Assembly (NCBI GenBank): GCA_951406725.2
Contig: OX597840.1
Coordinates: 39,432,001 to 39,496,000, forward strand
From: Octopus vulgaris
Lineage: Eukaryota
Length of the DNA stretch: 64,000 nt
Direction: 5' to 3'
Shown in pieces: positions 28,177-40,988 of the stretch. The notes under the pieces were generated by a model. That model worked only from the letters and a program-made list of their open reading frames with translations, was not told where the DNA came from and searched no databases. The stretch's first letter is position 1. Each line of letters opens with the position of its first letter. The position numbers and the translations under genes were made by a program.

Positions 28177-28340
28177 GGGTCCCTGCCTGGAATCGAACTT
28201 GGAATCTTGGAGTTAGTAACCACTATGCCATATGCCCGAAATTTCCTCAACACACGGTACATCAAAGGAAACGTTGTGTTAACCACAAACAAGATGGGGA
28301 CAAATATCCGTCAAATGTAAATAATGTAAATAATGAACAC
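27725..28340 (-). mobile_element. Composite element: tRNA-like head, (AAT)n, hammerhead and PLE-type tail, with an inverted tail copy at its 5' end
   Basis: A box TGGCATAGTGG (28220-28230), B box AGTTCGATTCC (28189-28199), hammerhead 27827-27872; 28238-28335 is an inverted copy of about 27775-27885. Confidence 0.7.
27827..27872 (-). ncRNA. Minimal hammerhead ribozyme
   Basis: gacac CTGATGA a ggttg-gagggtatat-cagcc GAAA CA TT gtgtt; the inverted copy shows GAAACGTT, the expected palindromic stem III. Confidence 0.75.
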
Positions 28341-28642
28341 TGATTTGTTTAATTTTATTTATTTATTTTTATTTTTTTTTGTTTTGCATATATCTTGCCT
28401 TAGGAAGTACCCTCATATTTTCTAAATTCCATGTATCACGTTTGAAACTAGACATATGTCGCTGCTAGCCGCGACCATATTATCCCACTTATTCAAATGG
28501 AAGGAACCATTTGAACGAGGTGAGTTTTGAATTAACGCGTACAAATGTAAGAAATACTCGAATGCAACTAACATTATGGGAACTATGAGGGGTCAAACGT
28601 AGGTCGAAAACTTTCACAGCTTTGGCTCTTTCATATCATTCT

Positions 28643-28679
<37 letters not shown>

Positions 28680-28682
<3 letters not shown>

Positions 28683-29082
28683 TCTTACTATTTTACTTGT
28701 TTCATTCATTCGACTGCGGCCATGATGGAGCACCGCCTTTAGTCGAGCAAATCGACCCCGGGACTTATTCTTTGGGACTTATTCTATCGGGCACTTTTGC
28801 CGAACCGCTAAATGACGGGGACGCAAACACACCAGCATCGGTTGTCAAGCAATGCTAGGGGGACAAATAGAGACACACAAACATACATACATACACACAT
28901 ACATATATACATATATACGACAGGTTTCTTTCAGTTTCTGTCTACCAAATCCACTCACAAGGCATTGGTCGGCCCGCGGTTATAGCAGAAGACACTTGCC
29001 CAAGGTGCCACGCAGTGGGACTGAACCCGGAACCATGTGGTTGGTAAGCAAGCTACTTACCACACAGCCACTCCTGCGCCTA
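28680..29082 (-). mobile_element. SINE family A, full length
   Basis: Complete head-to-tail match to 19884-20340. Confidence 0.9.
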
Positions 29083-29473
29083 CTTAAAAAAAATATGGAA
29101 CGCTTCACATGTATATATATATGTATGTATGTATGTATTAGAGCTGAGTTTGTAGGGATGTATTATCGTGGTGGATACCGTGTTACTTCCCTCTTTGGGA
29201 CCTGATACAGGCTTACCACAAAGGTCGGGGACCAAAACCAGTGCTTACAGCATTTTACCAGTCACTGGCTACTGACTTCGAAATGGATCAAATGGACGGA
29301 GCCTGACGCACCTGCTCTGACAATATTACAAATTTACATCTGTAACAATATGCAGTCGTAGCAGCGGAAACACCTGTAGGACATTGTAATAGGCTGCATA
29401 TAATTGCAAAATAAAAATAGTGGATGTACAAGTCTCCATCCGCCTTATTATTATTATTATTATTATTATTATA

Positions 29474-29524
<51 letters not shown>

Positions 29525-29542
29525 ATTATTTTTATTATTATA

Positions 29543-29587
<45 letters not shown>

Positions 29588-29611
29588 ATTATTTTTATTA
29601 TTATTATTATA

Positions 29612-29675
<64 letters not shown>

Positions 29676-29688
29676 TTATTATTATTAT

Positions 29689-29917
29689 TCTATGTTTGAC
29701 TTTTGCTTTACATTTGTACTAGTTGGCTCCAAGTCTCACCCAGAGACCTCAAGAGACAACAGGTTGAAAGTTCACGTTGTTGTTATGCCTAGTGTGCCAT
29801 ATATTTGGAGGTTTTTTTGGTGTTGTACTAGTGAATGTCTTTTTGGTGTTGTATTAGTGAATGTCTTTTTGGTGTTGTACTAGTGAATGTCTTTTTGGTG
29901 TTGTACTAGTGAATGTC

Positions 29918-29918
<1 letters not shown>
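29689..29918 (-). mobile_element. Probable R4/Dong-like LINE 3' UTR in (AAT)n, with 4 x 26-bp tandem repeats at its 5' junction
   Basis: (TAT)n on both sides; minus strand gaggtctctgggtgagacttgga resembles R4/Dong 3' UTR ends (from recall, not a search); unit ttttggtgttgtactagtgaatgtct repeats with period 26. Confidence 0.5.
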
Positions 29919-29953
<35 letters not shown>

Positions 29954-30058
29954 TTTATTATTTTTATTATTATCATTATTATTATTATTATATTTATTAT
30001 TAATAATAATAGTAATAATAATAATAATGATAATAATTATAATGATAATAATAAAAAT

Positions 30059-30130
<72 letters not shown>

Positions 30131-30356
30131 ATCATAAATATATATGTGTGTGTGTGCGTGTATTTAAGTAAGTAATATATGTATGTGTTTCTTTACGTAT
30201 GTATGCGTGATATCCTCCATAAAGAAGAACTAACGTAGATGTCTGCGTGGAGAAATATGATTTGGTACCGTGGACTATTGCCCAGTTCGACATCAATGAG
30301 AACAAGCGAAAGTTGTCTATATATATACATACATATATATACACTCACCCACACAC

Positions 30357-30413
<57 letters not shown>

Positions 30414-30442
30414 CATTTATACATATATATATACATACATTT

Positions 30443-30516
<74 letters not shown>

Positions 30517-31058
30517 GTATATGTATATATATATATGTATATATATATATATGTTAATGTTATGTTATAAACGAATGCAAAATTCGTCTTAAGCAGCGCA
30601 GTTAACATCAGTTGGACGATAAAGAAAAAACCCAAGTAGAGAAATAAATACGTTTGTGATTTCTTTGAACTGTGGACATTGAATATTTGCAAAGACATAA
30701 CGGATGTTTGAAACACCATGCCAACAAGGCAGCGGTACTCGAGAGTTAAACAAAAGAAAAACCACTGTTAAAGAGATCAAAGAGAATTCGGTAAAGAATT
30801 GAACCTACATTAACGGATGATAGATAATCTCTATGTGTGTGAGCGTATATAGATAGGAATAGGTGTATATGCTAGGAAATCTAATGAATGCATACAAACA
30901 CACAATCGCATACATATACATATATAAATGTATACATACGTAAATATATATATATATATATATGCGCACACAGGTTAATGTATATCAATATTTACATGTA
31001 TATACGCCTTTGCATGTCTATGTGTGTATATGAACATGTATATGTATGTATATATGTA

Positions 31059-31092
<34 letters not shown>

Positions 31093-31214
31093 CATATATA
31101 TATACGTACATACATGTATATATATACATATATATATACATTTATATATATATATACCTGCATATATATATATATGTATATACATATATATATATATATA
31201 CATGTATATACATG

Positions 31215-31266
<52 letters not shown>

Positions 31267-31621
31267 TGTGTGTGTAAATATACAACATATGTACAATTAC
31301 TGATATGTATATATATATATGTATATATAGATGCATGTAAACATTTCTGTACACACACACACATACATACATACACACATACATATATGATGTTTTTAAG
31401 GAGGTGCTTCTGTGTGTTTGCACAGTCATTAGACCCCAACGTGTTCCAATCAGTGCACTTTGGCCATTCCGATTCTTCGCGTTCAGATTTGTATTCCTTC
31501 GCAGCGAATTCCTTTTTCTTATAATTATGATGTTTATTTTCGCAAATTTACCGTCGCACTATTGTGTTACGAGCAGACATTTGAACATGCACACGACACA
31601 AACACACACACGCACGTATGA

Positions 31622-31691
<70 letters not shown>

Positions 31692-31870
31692 ATAATAAAT
31701 ATTAGGGAATAAATCCAAATTTACAGGAAAAAAAATCAGATTTAGGATTAAATCCAATTTTATAGTAAAATATTATAAAATATTATTAGAGACAAAACCA
31801 CTATTTTGCAAAACAAACAAGGAAAGACTTAATCAATACATAAAATTTTAATAAATAGTCAAAAAAACCG

Positions 31871-31913
31871 CCACTACAATCGTTTCTTGTCTTGATCGAC
31901 AATCTTCAGGTGG
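31871..31913 (-). ncRNA. Minimal hammerhead ribozyme (left arm)
   Basis: ccac CTGAAGA ttgtc-gatcaa-gacaa GAAA CGATTG TA gtgg. Confidence 0.85.
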
Positions 31914-31945
31914 ACTTCAATAATTTGAAACTGACTTATTGAAGT

Positions 31946-31988
31946 CCACCTGAAGATTGTCGATCAAGACAAGAAACAATTGTAGTGG
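31946..31988 (+). ncRNA. Minimal hammerhead ribozyme (right arm), fully canonical
   Basis: ccac CTGAAGA ttgtc-gatcaa-gacaa GAAA CAATTG TA gtgg: perfect stems I, II and III with a GUA cleavage site. Confidence 0.9.
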
Positions 31989-32073
31989 CGGTTTTTTTGA
32001 CTATTTATTAAAATTTTATGTATTGATTAAGTCTTTCCTTGTTTGTTTTGCAAAATAGTGGTTTTGTCTCTAA

Positions 32074-32111
<38 letters not shown>

Positions 32112-32188
32112 GAAATGAGATCGGATGGTTTATATTTACAGATATTTATTTATATATTACATTTTTTACGTATATATGATATCACTTA

Positions 32189-32230
32189 GATCATTAGCGC
32201 TTTCTCCCATTCTAGTGGGGTTTTCAAATC
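32189..32230 (-). ncRNA. Variant hammerhead (U3:A8) in a PLE-like 3' stub (about 32106-32232)
   Basis: at TTGAAAA cccca-ctagaa-tggga GAAA GCGC TA at; stem I is truncated. Confidence 0.5.
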
Positions 32231-32232
32231 AA

Positions 32233-32282
<50 letters not shown>

Positions 32283-32389
32283 TTACACGTATATACACAC
32301 GCACACAGATATATATGTACACATGTTCAAAGATATATACATGCATATTTACATGCATGCATACATAAAAACCTATTTCCGGTCATAAA

Positions 32390-33105
32390 GACCCACTGAA
32401 TGGTGGAATCCACCCATCATAAAATGGAGTACTGAGAAACGTCTCAGTGAAAACGTCAATGAAATGTGATCATAATAGACCTGACATAGCAATTTGAGAT
32501 ATGGAAGAAATTCTCTGTACATATGAGGGAATCAGCTGCTAATCGAATGTTAACATAAAGCTAATGATCATCGAAAAAGATTTCGTCTGCCGTTAAGTTC
32601 TGAGTTCAAATTCCACTGAGGTCGACTTTGCTTTTCATCCCTTCGGAGTCGATTAAATAAGTACCAGTTATGCAGTGGGGTCGATGTAATCGAGTTAATC
32701 CGTTTGTCTGTCCTTGTTTGGCCTCTCTGTGTTTAGCCCCTTGTGGGCAATAAAACAATAAGAAAATACCTACGCTGGACTACTGAGAAATCTGCAGTTA
32801 CTCTATCCAGATTACAAGTTCAGGTTTATAACTGTAATTATTGGGACACCGGGATATGTAACACACCACCTAAATACCAATACCGAGAAATTAGGGTTCT
32901 CAAAATCAGAAACGAAAAGGCTGATTCGAAGATCACACATCCTAGCTATCACTAGAATTGTAAAAATTTGTAAAACTTTGCAAACGTTTATGATGTAAGT
33001 ATATATGAGTACCTCGAGATATGCAACTATATCCACGAGATGGCATACATACAACAAAAACCTACAAATCGGTACGTGTACATACATAATACATACGTAC
33101 ATAGA
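32390..33105 (+). mobile_element. RLE-type (R4/NeSL-like) LINE 3' end, interrupted by a SINE
   Basis: Reads NVSVKTSMKCDHNRPDIAI*D...ISC..NVN..EK [SINE] ENTYAGLLRNLQLLYPDYKFRFITVIIGTPGYV...KLGF...VKICKT*, a restriction-like endonuclease C-terminus; (tacatac)-like tail. Confidence 0.85.
32581..32760 (+). mobile_element. SINE family B, 5'-truncated
   Basis: Matches 12497-12675; splits the RLE reading frame with a short aaga duplication. Confidence 0.9.
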
Positions 33106-33464
33106 GCGAGGGAATGTCTTCAAAATATCTCCAGATATCTTCCAGATATTTCCCCGTGTGTCATGTTGCGGTAGCCAGAGCAGTTCCGAAAAGGTGACAA
33201 TAAAGAATTGATTTACAGAAGGTGATTGTATGGAGACGCATGAGGCAAAAGAACATTGGTGGAACTTCAAAATTAAAACAGACTGTGGTTAAGCTCTTCG
33301 TTCGACAGTGATACGAGTGAAGATTTTTCTATTAGCATACAGATATATTTTAGACAAAATGAGATAACAAAGCCAAGGATTTGAGGAGATTTCAGGACAT
33401 TTCCCTTATAAATGTCCTGAAAACGCCTCACAGACTTGGCATTGTTGTTTCAATTGGTCTAATG

Positions 33465-33489
<25 letters not shown>

Positions 33490-33495
<6 letters not shown>

Positions 33496-33640
33496 GCAGC
33501 GTGGAAGGTGTTTGTAAGCCATTTAAGAAACACAAAAGCCGTTCGATTCACTTCAACATTTAAGTTTAATTTGTCAAAATATTTTCGTCGCTAAAATCCG
33601 CGACCTGTTCACTGACAAAAATCCGTGCTGCATCTGAGCA
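33490..33640 (-). mobile_element. PLE-like 3' stub with G3:C8 hammerhead (33570-33619)
   Basis: tttgtca GTGAACA g gtcgc-ggatttta-gcgac GAAA ATAT TT tgacaaa: 7-bp stem I, 5-bp stem II, palindromic stem III. Confidence 0.75.
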
Positions 33641-33652
33641 TATATATATATA

Positions 33653-33860
33653 GTTAATCCAAAGAAGAAAGCATAAAAAAACACAGCAATGCGAGGATGA
33701 GGAACAAATAAAGTATTATTGGACGCTCAGGAAAGAAGGAGGGTTTAACGTTTCGAGCGGAGCTCTTCGTCGGAAACATAGGAGAAGAAATGATCCAGAG
33801 AAGGGAAGACAGAGGAAAAAATATCGCCAACGGTACACACGCGGTCACATTTTGAACATG
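33653..33860 (-). mobile_element. PLE-like 3' stub family F with hammerhead (33743-33777)
   Basis: gttt CCGACGA a gagc-tcc-gctc GAAA CG TT aaac; homologous to 41415-41610 and 56355-56535. Confidence 0.8.
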
Positions 33861-33887
33861 TATGTATATATATATATATATATATAC

Positions 33888-34082
33888 CGGAGTAAACACA
33901 TAAATGTGAAAAAAGGTGGAGAAAAAGAGTACTCAAATACCAGAGGTTGAGTAATATGCTTTATTTAAAAGCAGCAGAAATTTAACAAAAGCTGTTCCCG
34001 TTTGTCGGACAGTTTTAACAAAACGGGAACCCGAAACTCCGAGTAACAGCTTTTGTTAAATTTCTGCTGCTTTTAAATAAAG
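33888..34082. mobile_element. PLE-like stub with a 38-bp perfect inverted repeat and a split hammerhead
   Basis: 33959-33996 and 34045-34082 are inverted; same family as 62118-62349; ctgtCCGAC on minus and GAAACTCCGAGTAacag on plus. Confidence 0.75.
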
Positions 34083-34110
34083 TATATATATATATATGCA
34101 TGTATATATG

Positions 34111-34173
<63 letters not shown>

Positions 34174-34511
34174 ATGGAATGCCAGAAAAATTCGGTATGT
34201 TTCGATCTGAATGAGTATTCAACACTGTGATCAGATTCCGTTAAGGCCGAAACAATCGATATATTTATAGCATTCGGTATTTCAGCGTTGCTTTCGTAAA
34301 TTTAATTTAGGTTAGCTCTTATGTGTCCTACCGAAAAGGCTAATATATACCTACATACACACATATACATACATATATATACAAACATATATATATATAT
34401 ATTTATATATATATGCATATACATGTATATATATATATATATCTGTAAATATATATATTTATATATGTTTATATGAAAAAGAGCGATATGTATGCATATA
34501 GATATATACAT

Positions 34512-34622
<111 letters not shown>

Positions 34623-34638
34623 TACCTGTAAATGTAAG

Positions 34639-34669
<31 letters not shown>

Positions 34670-34803
34670 ATATGCATATAGGAGTATGCACCAATGTATA
34701 CTTATTTACATTAGCTGGGAGTATACTATAGTATATATCAAGGGTTTATATATATAATGTGTATATATAAATGAGTATGTAAATATATGTATATATACAT
34801 ACA

Positions 34804-34878
<75 letters not shown>

Positions 34879-34906
34879 GTATATATATATATACACACAT
34901 ATATAC

Positions 34907-34950
<44 letters not shown>

Positions 34951-35662
34951 GCATATATGCGAAAGTGATGGCTAGTGCATCAGAGAACCTATATATGTCT
35001 AGAATATGCACTGGTTTAAACACTAATGATCAAAGACATATATAGTAAAGGCACAGACATATTTACACATATGTGTTACACACCTGTGTATTTATACACG
35101 CCACTTCCATGTACATATACACGAATATATAGCGATAACGCTATATATGCATGTGTATTTGTGGCGTATGCTTGAATCTGAAAATATATATACGTCCATA
35201 TATGTGTCTGTTTTTGTATGTATATATATATATATATATAAGGAGAGAGATGTGTTATATGTACATGGTCATGTGTGTGTATGTATATGTATGTGTGTGT
35301 CTGTGTGTGTGTGTGTTGCTGTATAATGTGTGAACTCATAGTGGACGTTGAATATAAACAACATCGAGTGAGTTCTTTGAACGTAATCTCTCAGTGAAGC
35401 ACAAAATATATCATTGATAGTGGCAGCCCGCCGAAAGAAATTAATTCTCGGCCATATCACACTGTGAGCACGTGTGTGTATATAACCAAGATGCCGCACA
35501 CGCTCCCGCATTCAGGCATACACACACACACATACACACACAAACACGAACACACACACAAACACACACACACACGTAGAGATGTAACACATATGCTTAT
35601 ATGCGCCAATGCCCTACTATATGCAGAGATACACACACACACACACTCACTTATATATATAC

Positions 35663-35693
<31 letters not shown>

Positions 35694-35854
35694 TTTATAT
35701 ATATATATATAGGTATGTATGCATGCATTTATATATATATATATACACATACTTATATACATACATATACATATATATATATATATATATACATACATAT
35801 ATGCACTATATATATATATGTGTATATATTTATATATATATACGTATGTATGTA

Positions 35855-35892
<38 letters not shown>

Positions 35893-36289
35893 TATAAATA
35901 TATATACGCATACATACATATACATATATATATATACATATATGCACTATATATGTGTGAGTGTGTGTGTGTGTGTGTATGTGTGTGTGTCTATATATGT
36001 ACTGAACGCTAGTGTATAGTGGGCATAAACAAAACATATACACACGGATGCACTTATTTCTCAGAGATCAATTCCTGTTTCAAGCCAAGTATCAATCTTA
36101 TTTGTAGCTTCCATGTGAGTCAGCGTGCAGACGGACGTATGATACCATGAAAATAGCTCCTGCAGGCTTTCATTCCTGCGGTTGTTTGAAAAACACGAAA
36201 CCGAAGGAAGGAAAACGAACCCAATCACAAACAGTAATGACCGAAACAGCCACAAGATCTTGATATTAATAACATTGGTAATAATAATA

Positions 36290-36512
36290 ATCATTTGTAC
36301 TGTATATACGAGGCCTTAAATTTTGGGAGGGAGGGAGGGAGGGATAAGTAGATCTTATCGGCCCCAGTACGCAGCTGGTACTTAAGTTTTTGTTCCCGAA
36401 AGGGCGAAAGGCAAAGTCGACATCGGCGGAATTGGAATTCAGAACGTAGCGGCAGGCGAAATGCCGATAAACATTTCGCTCGGCGTGCTCATGTTTCTGA
36501 TAGCTCACCGCC
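36290..36512 (-). mobile_element. SINE family B
   Basis: gaaaggcaaagtcgacatcggcggaattggaattcagaacgtagcggcaggcgaaatgccg. Confidence 0.85.
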
Positions 36513-36530
36513 ATAATAATGATGATGATA

Positions 36531-36600
<70 letters not shown>

Positions 36601-36621
36601 TAATAATAATAATAATAATAA

Positions 36622-36652
<31 letters not shown>

Positions 36653-36703
36653 AAGAGGAAGATGAAGAAAAAGAAGAAGAAGAAGACTCAGAAGAAGAAG
36701 AAA

Positions 36704-36737
<34 letters not shown>

Positions 36738-36884
36738 AGAAGAAGATGAATGCTCCGCTGGGTGCTCGAAAAATAAGATGTGTTACACTAGTTAACTGGT
36801 TGTGAGCAGCTGACACAGTAGAAGCTGTGCAAAAGCAATAATAATAATATGTGTATATATATACATACATACATACATACACAC

Positions 36885-36915
<31 letters not shown>

Positions 36916-36917
36916 CA

Positions 36918-36953
<36 letters not shown>

Positions 36954-36989
36954 TATATACATACATACATACATACATACATACATACA

Positions 36990-37021
<32 letters not shown>

Positions 37022-37029
37022 CATATATA

Positions 37030-37308
37030 TATCGTTTGGGATTTGATTTGCAAGATTCTTTATGTGAGTTTGTGTGTTGAAGCATATTCTGTTGTGTCTG
37101 GGGAGGGTCATTCTCTTTTTGTGCCTTATAATTTACCACACTCACCGGTAAAATTTCCACTTATTTCCTTACTTATTTTTCTTAAATTTCCGTTGCGTCT
37201 TGCAACATTTTCAATAGTTTTCAGAACTAGTGAAAAGGTTGCAAGAAATTTTTTCCGGTGAGTGTGTTAAAGGCACCAAAGGAGAATAATCCTCCCCAGG
37301 CACAACAG
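37030..37308. mobile_element. PLE-like foldback stub with a partial U3:A8 hammerhead (37181-37218, minus)
   Basis: 37089-37158 is inverted to about 37245-37308; inner hairpin tcttgcaac...gttgcaaga; minus strand TTGAAAA t gttgc-aagac-gcaac g GAAA. Confidence 0.6.
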
Positions 37309-37341
<33 letters not shown>

Positions 37342-39477
37342 ATAAATGTATACATACATACACACATATATACACGCACACACATACACACTTATATATA
37401 CTTATATATATGACGAGTTGCTTATAAGGTGTTAATAGGCCCAGGTCTATAGCAGTACTTTCCGACGATGACCGTCAGTAACACTGAAGCCTAGGCCACG
37501 TGGCTCAAAATGGTTCGTCTAAAACACGTATTTCTACCTCTGCAAAACCATACGCCAGTTGATAGAGAAATATCGATAAAAGAGAGCATGATTGTGCAAT
37601 GTTTCAATAAAAGGATGTGGGATAGGGGAAGAGTGAGAAGCCTAGAGAGACAAAGAAAGAAGGAAAGAAAGAAAGAAAGAAAGAAAGAATGAAATAAAAA
37701 GAGAGAGAGAGAAATAATAGAGGTTGTAAATGAGAGTGAAATTTAGAGAGTCACAGAAGTAGGAGAGGGGCAGGAAGGGAGATGGAAACAAAGAGCTAGA
37801 GAGAAAACGTAGCAGAGAAAAGAAAGAGAGTGATATAGAATGCGACAGATTCGTAGACAGGCAGAGAGAAATATGGATGAAACGAAGGAGAGAGAAAGAG
37901 GGAGGTTCTATGATCAAAAATCCGAAGAATCATGGAAAGAAAATAACGTAATAAAAATGTTCAAGAACAAAATGGAATAGTATGCTGAATGCTGTGTTAT
38001 CTCGAATAAATTGGTTTGAAATTATCAGTTAAGAGGTACTCCAAATATTTTACCCTGAACATTAATATAGCATAAGGAGATATCAGGTATGTATTTATAC
38101 ATACATTCATAAACTAACATACGTTTTTATACATATATATCTATATATATATGTATGCACGTATATATATATATATTTGTGTGTGTGTGTGTAATTTGAA
38201 AGATATATATGTATATATATACAGGTTATTTTATTTGACACACATATATATATATATGTATATATTTATGTGTGTGTATGTATATCATTGCCTATACTAG
38301 TTCGCAGGTGACCATGTACGTATACGTAATTGTGTTTAGATACGCATAAAATTTTGAAGTATTCAAATATATAACGTAGAGTCAATAACGGGTATCATAT
38401 TTAATTGCTGTTACCGTAAGTTGAAATGTATGTGTGTGTGCCTGGGTGTCTGTATCTGTGTAGTTATTTGTGTATGTACACTCACAAATCTGTATAATTT
38501 TATATACACATACACACACACATATTGGCCAGCATTCATACGTATATATATATATATATATATATATGCATGAATATATTTATGTGTGTATGTACACATG
38601 GTTCTATAGAGGGGTCGATTATAAGGGTACTTAATCTATGAAATTCAGAAAACTTTACTGAATTACGATAATGATTTAAATATAGTTTTGGGTTTCCTGA
38701 GCACTTATATGAATTCACTTCAAGCTCACATCAACATATCTGATGGCTCTAAAGAATTTGCATCGTTATATATAAAGGTACTTCGAAGCGTTGTCATTAT
38801 TAAAAAAATGCTATTCTGGTTGTGATAAAGAAGGAATAACAGTACCCGTGGTATATTCTTCACACAGCCAATATCGCGGAGAGAACTTCGACAAAGAATT
38901 GTGCTCTCTTCGGCAAACGTGTTGCTTTTGTAGCCTTACCATATAAAATCTTCTTTGCCAAATCCCTGTAGCTGTGTTGAGATATGATAAGGAAATATAG
39001 AGAATTAGAAGCAATGTTGAGATGTAAAAGAAAATAATAGCTTGGCTATAGTCGTATTATAAATACACGTAAGTAAACACGAGGTGGGTACATTTGAATG
39101 TTTGTATTGAAACTGCGTTCTCGGAAATGGACGACGTTTATATGTTATCAATAAGAGGTGGCGTACGAGGGTAGTGATGCGTAAAATTCTACATGGAATG
39201 CATTTTGCGAGACATGTTTCCGTGCGTGTCAGTATGTGTAATGCTGTATGTTTCTTCTGGCAGAATGTAAGTGTGCGTAAAAGATGTTTCTCGGACTGTT
39301 AACCTTTCCCGGGATTCTCAGCTTTAATTCTACGTAAAAGACACTCTCAACTGCTATCAAGATACAGAATACAAAAGTTACACATCATGCACCAACTGTA
39401 TTTTTCTTTTGCTTTACAAACGTATAATTCTCACTAATTCTTTATAAACACACACACACACACACACATATATATTT

Positions 39478-39724
39478 ATTCTTTTATTCTTTTACTTGTT
39501 TCAGTCATTTGACTGCGACCATGCTGGTTCACCGCCTTTAGTCGAGCAAATCAACGCCAGGACTTATTCTTTGGAAGCCAAGTACTTATTGTATCGGTTT
39601 CTTTTTGTCGAACCGCTAGGTTACGGAAACGTAAACACACTAGCATCGGTTGTCGAGCGATTTTGGAAGGACAAACACAGGCACACACACATACACACAC
39701 ACACACACAACACACACACACACA

Positions 39725-39766
<42 letters not shown>

Positions 39767-39943
39767 CATACACATATATGCGACGGGCTTCTTTCAGTTT
39801 CCGTCAACCAAATCCACTCACAAGGCTTTGGTCGGCCCGAGGCTATAGTAGAAGACACTCGTCCAAGGTGCCACGGAGTGGTACTGAACCCGGAATCATG
39901 TGGTTGGTATGTAAGCTAATTACCACACAGCCGCTCCTACGCC

Positions 39944-39945
<2 letters not shown>
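39478..39945 (-). mobile_element. SINE family A, full length
   Basis: Complete match to the family consensus seen at 19884 and 28680. Confidence 0.9.
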
Positions 39946-40016
<71 letters not shown>

Positions 40017-40042
40017 ACAACAACAACAACAACAACAACAGC

Positions 40043-40083
<41 letters not shown>

Positions 40084-40085
40084 AA

Positions 40086-40136
<51 letters not shown>

Positions 40137-40902
40137 TTCGAAGGCAAGCAGAGCGTTAGGTTCATCGCCCTGTTTACTGATTTCCTTTCGTTGTCATTGA
40201 CGAAGGAGCCATCTTGATATTTTTCTGAAATTTACTGACGGTTTAAGTGACAATCACCTGCGTTGACCTCATGCCATTTCAGATCTCACAATGGATATTC
40301 TAGAACAGTTACCGAGGACAGCCTTATAAGGGAACAATTCGAAAATTGCAATTATCATAATTGAATATCAGCTTTAATTAAGGAATTAATTAATTTCTTT
40401 GCATGAGACTCTCTGAAATCTATGCTTTAACTCGACGAATCTTCTGGATATAATGATTCAGAAAATGACATTCCGATAAAGAGGATTTAATTGGACTCCT
40501 ACAGGTCTACAAGGGTTTCGAAACATGTTCTTTGCAATGGAATATCTTCAGCTCTGCTGCAAATTTACATTAAAAATATCTGAATTCTTCCTGGATTACG
40601 ATTAAGAAATTCATGTAAGAATAAGATATTTAATGAAGTGCACGTTAATATTCTCACACACGGACACAGAACCATACACCCTCCAGATGAACACGTACAC
40701 ACATACGCATACAAACGCACACACACATATACACAAATGTGTATATATACATCCATCCATATATATATATACATATATATAGCAGGGTTTTGACTGCTAT
40801 TTCACCATGGTGGTATCTCTCAGATACCCTAATTTTTAGTTTAAGTAATTATTACATTTGTATGGTATTTATTCCCATGCTCGCCATTATCCTTATTTAT
40901 AA

Positions 40903-40985
<83 letters not shown>

Positions 40986-40988
<3 letters not shown>

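Larger units (their letters stand above)
31688..32080. mobile_element. Penelope-like pLTR palindrome: 145-bp arms (31779-31923 / 31936-32080), 1 mismatch
   Basis: Direct base-by-base inverted match with a 12-bp spacer; each arm carries a hammerhead; (TA)n flanks. Confidence 0.9.
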
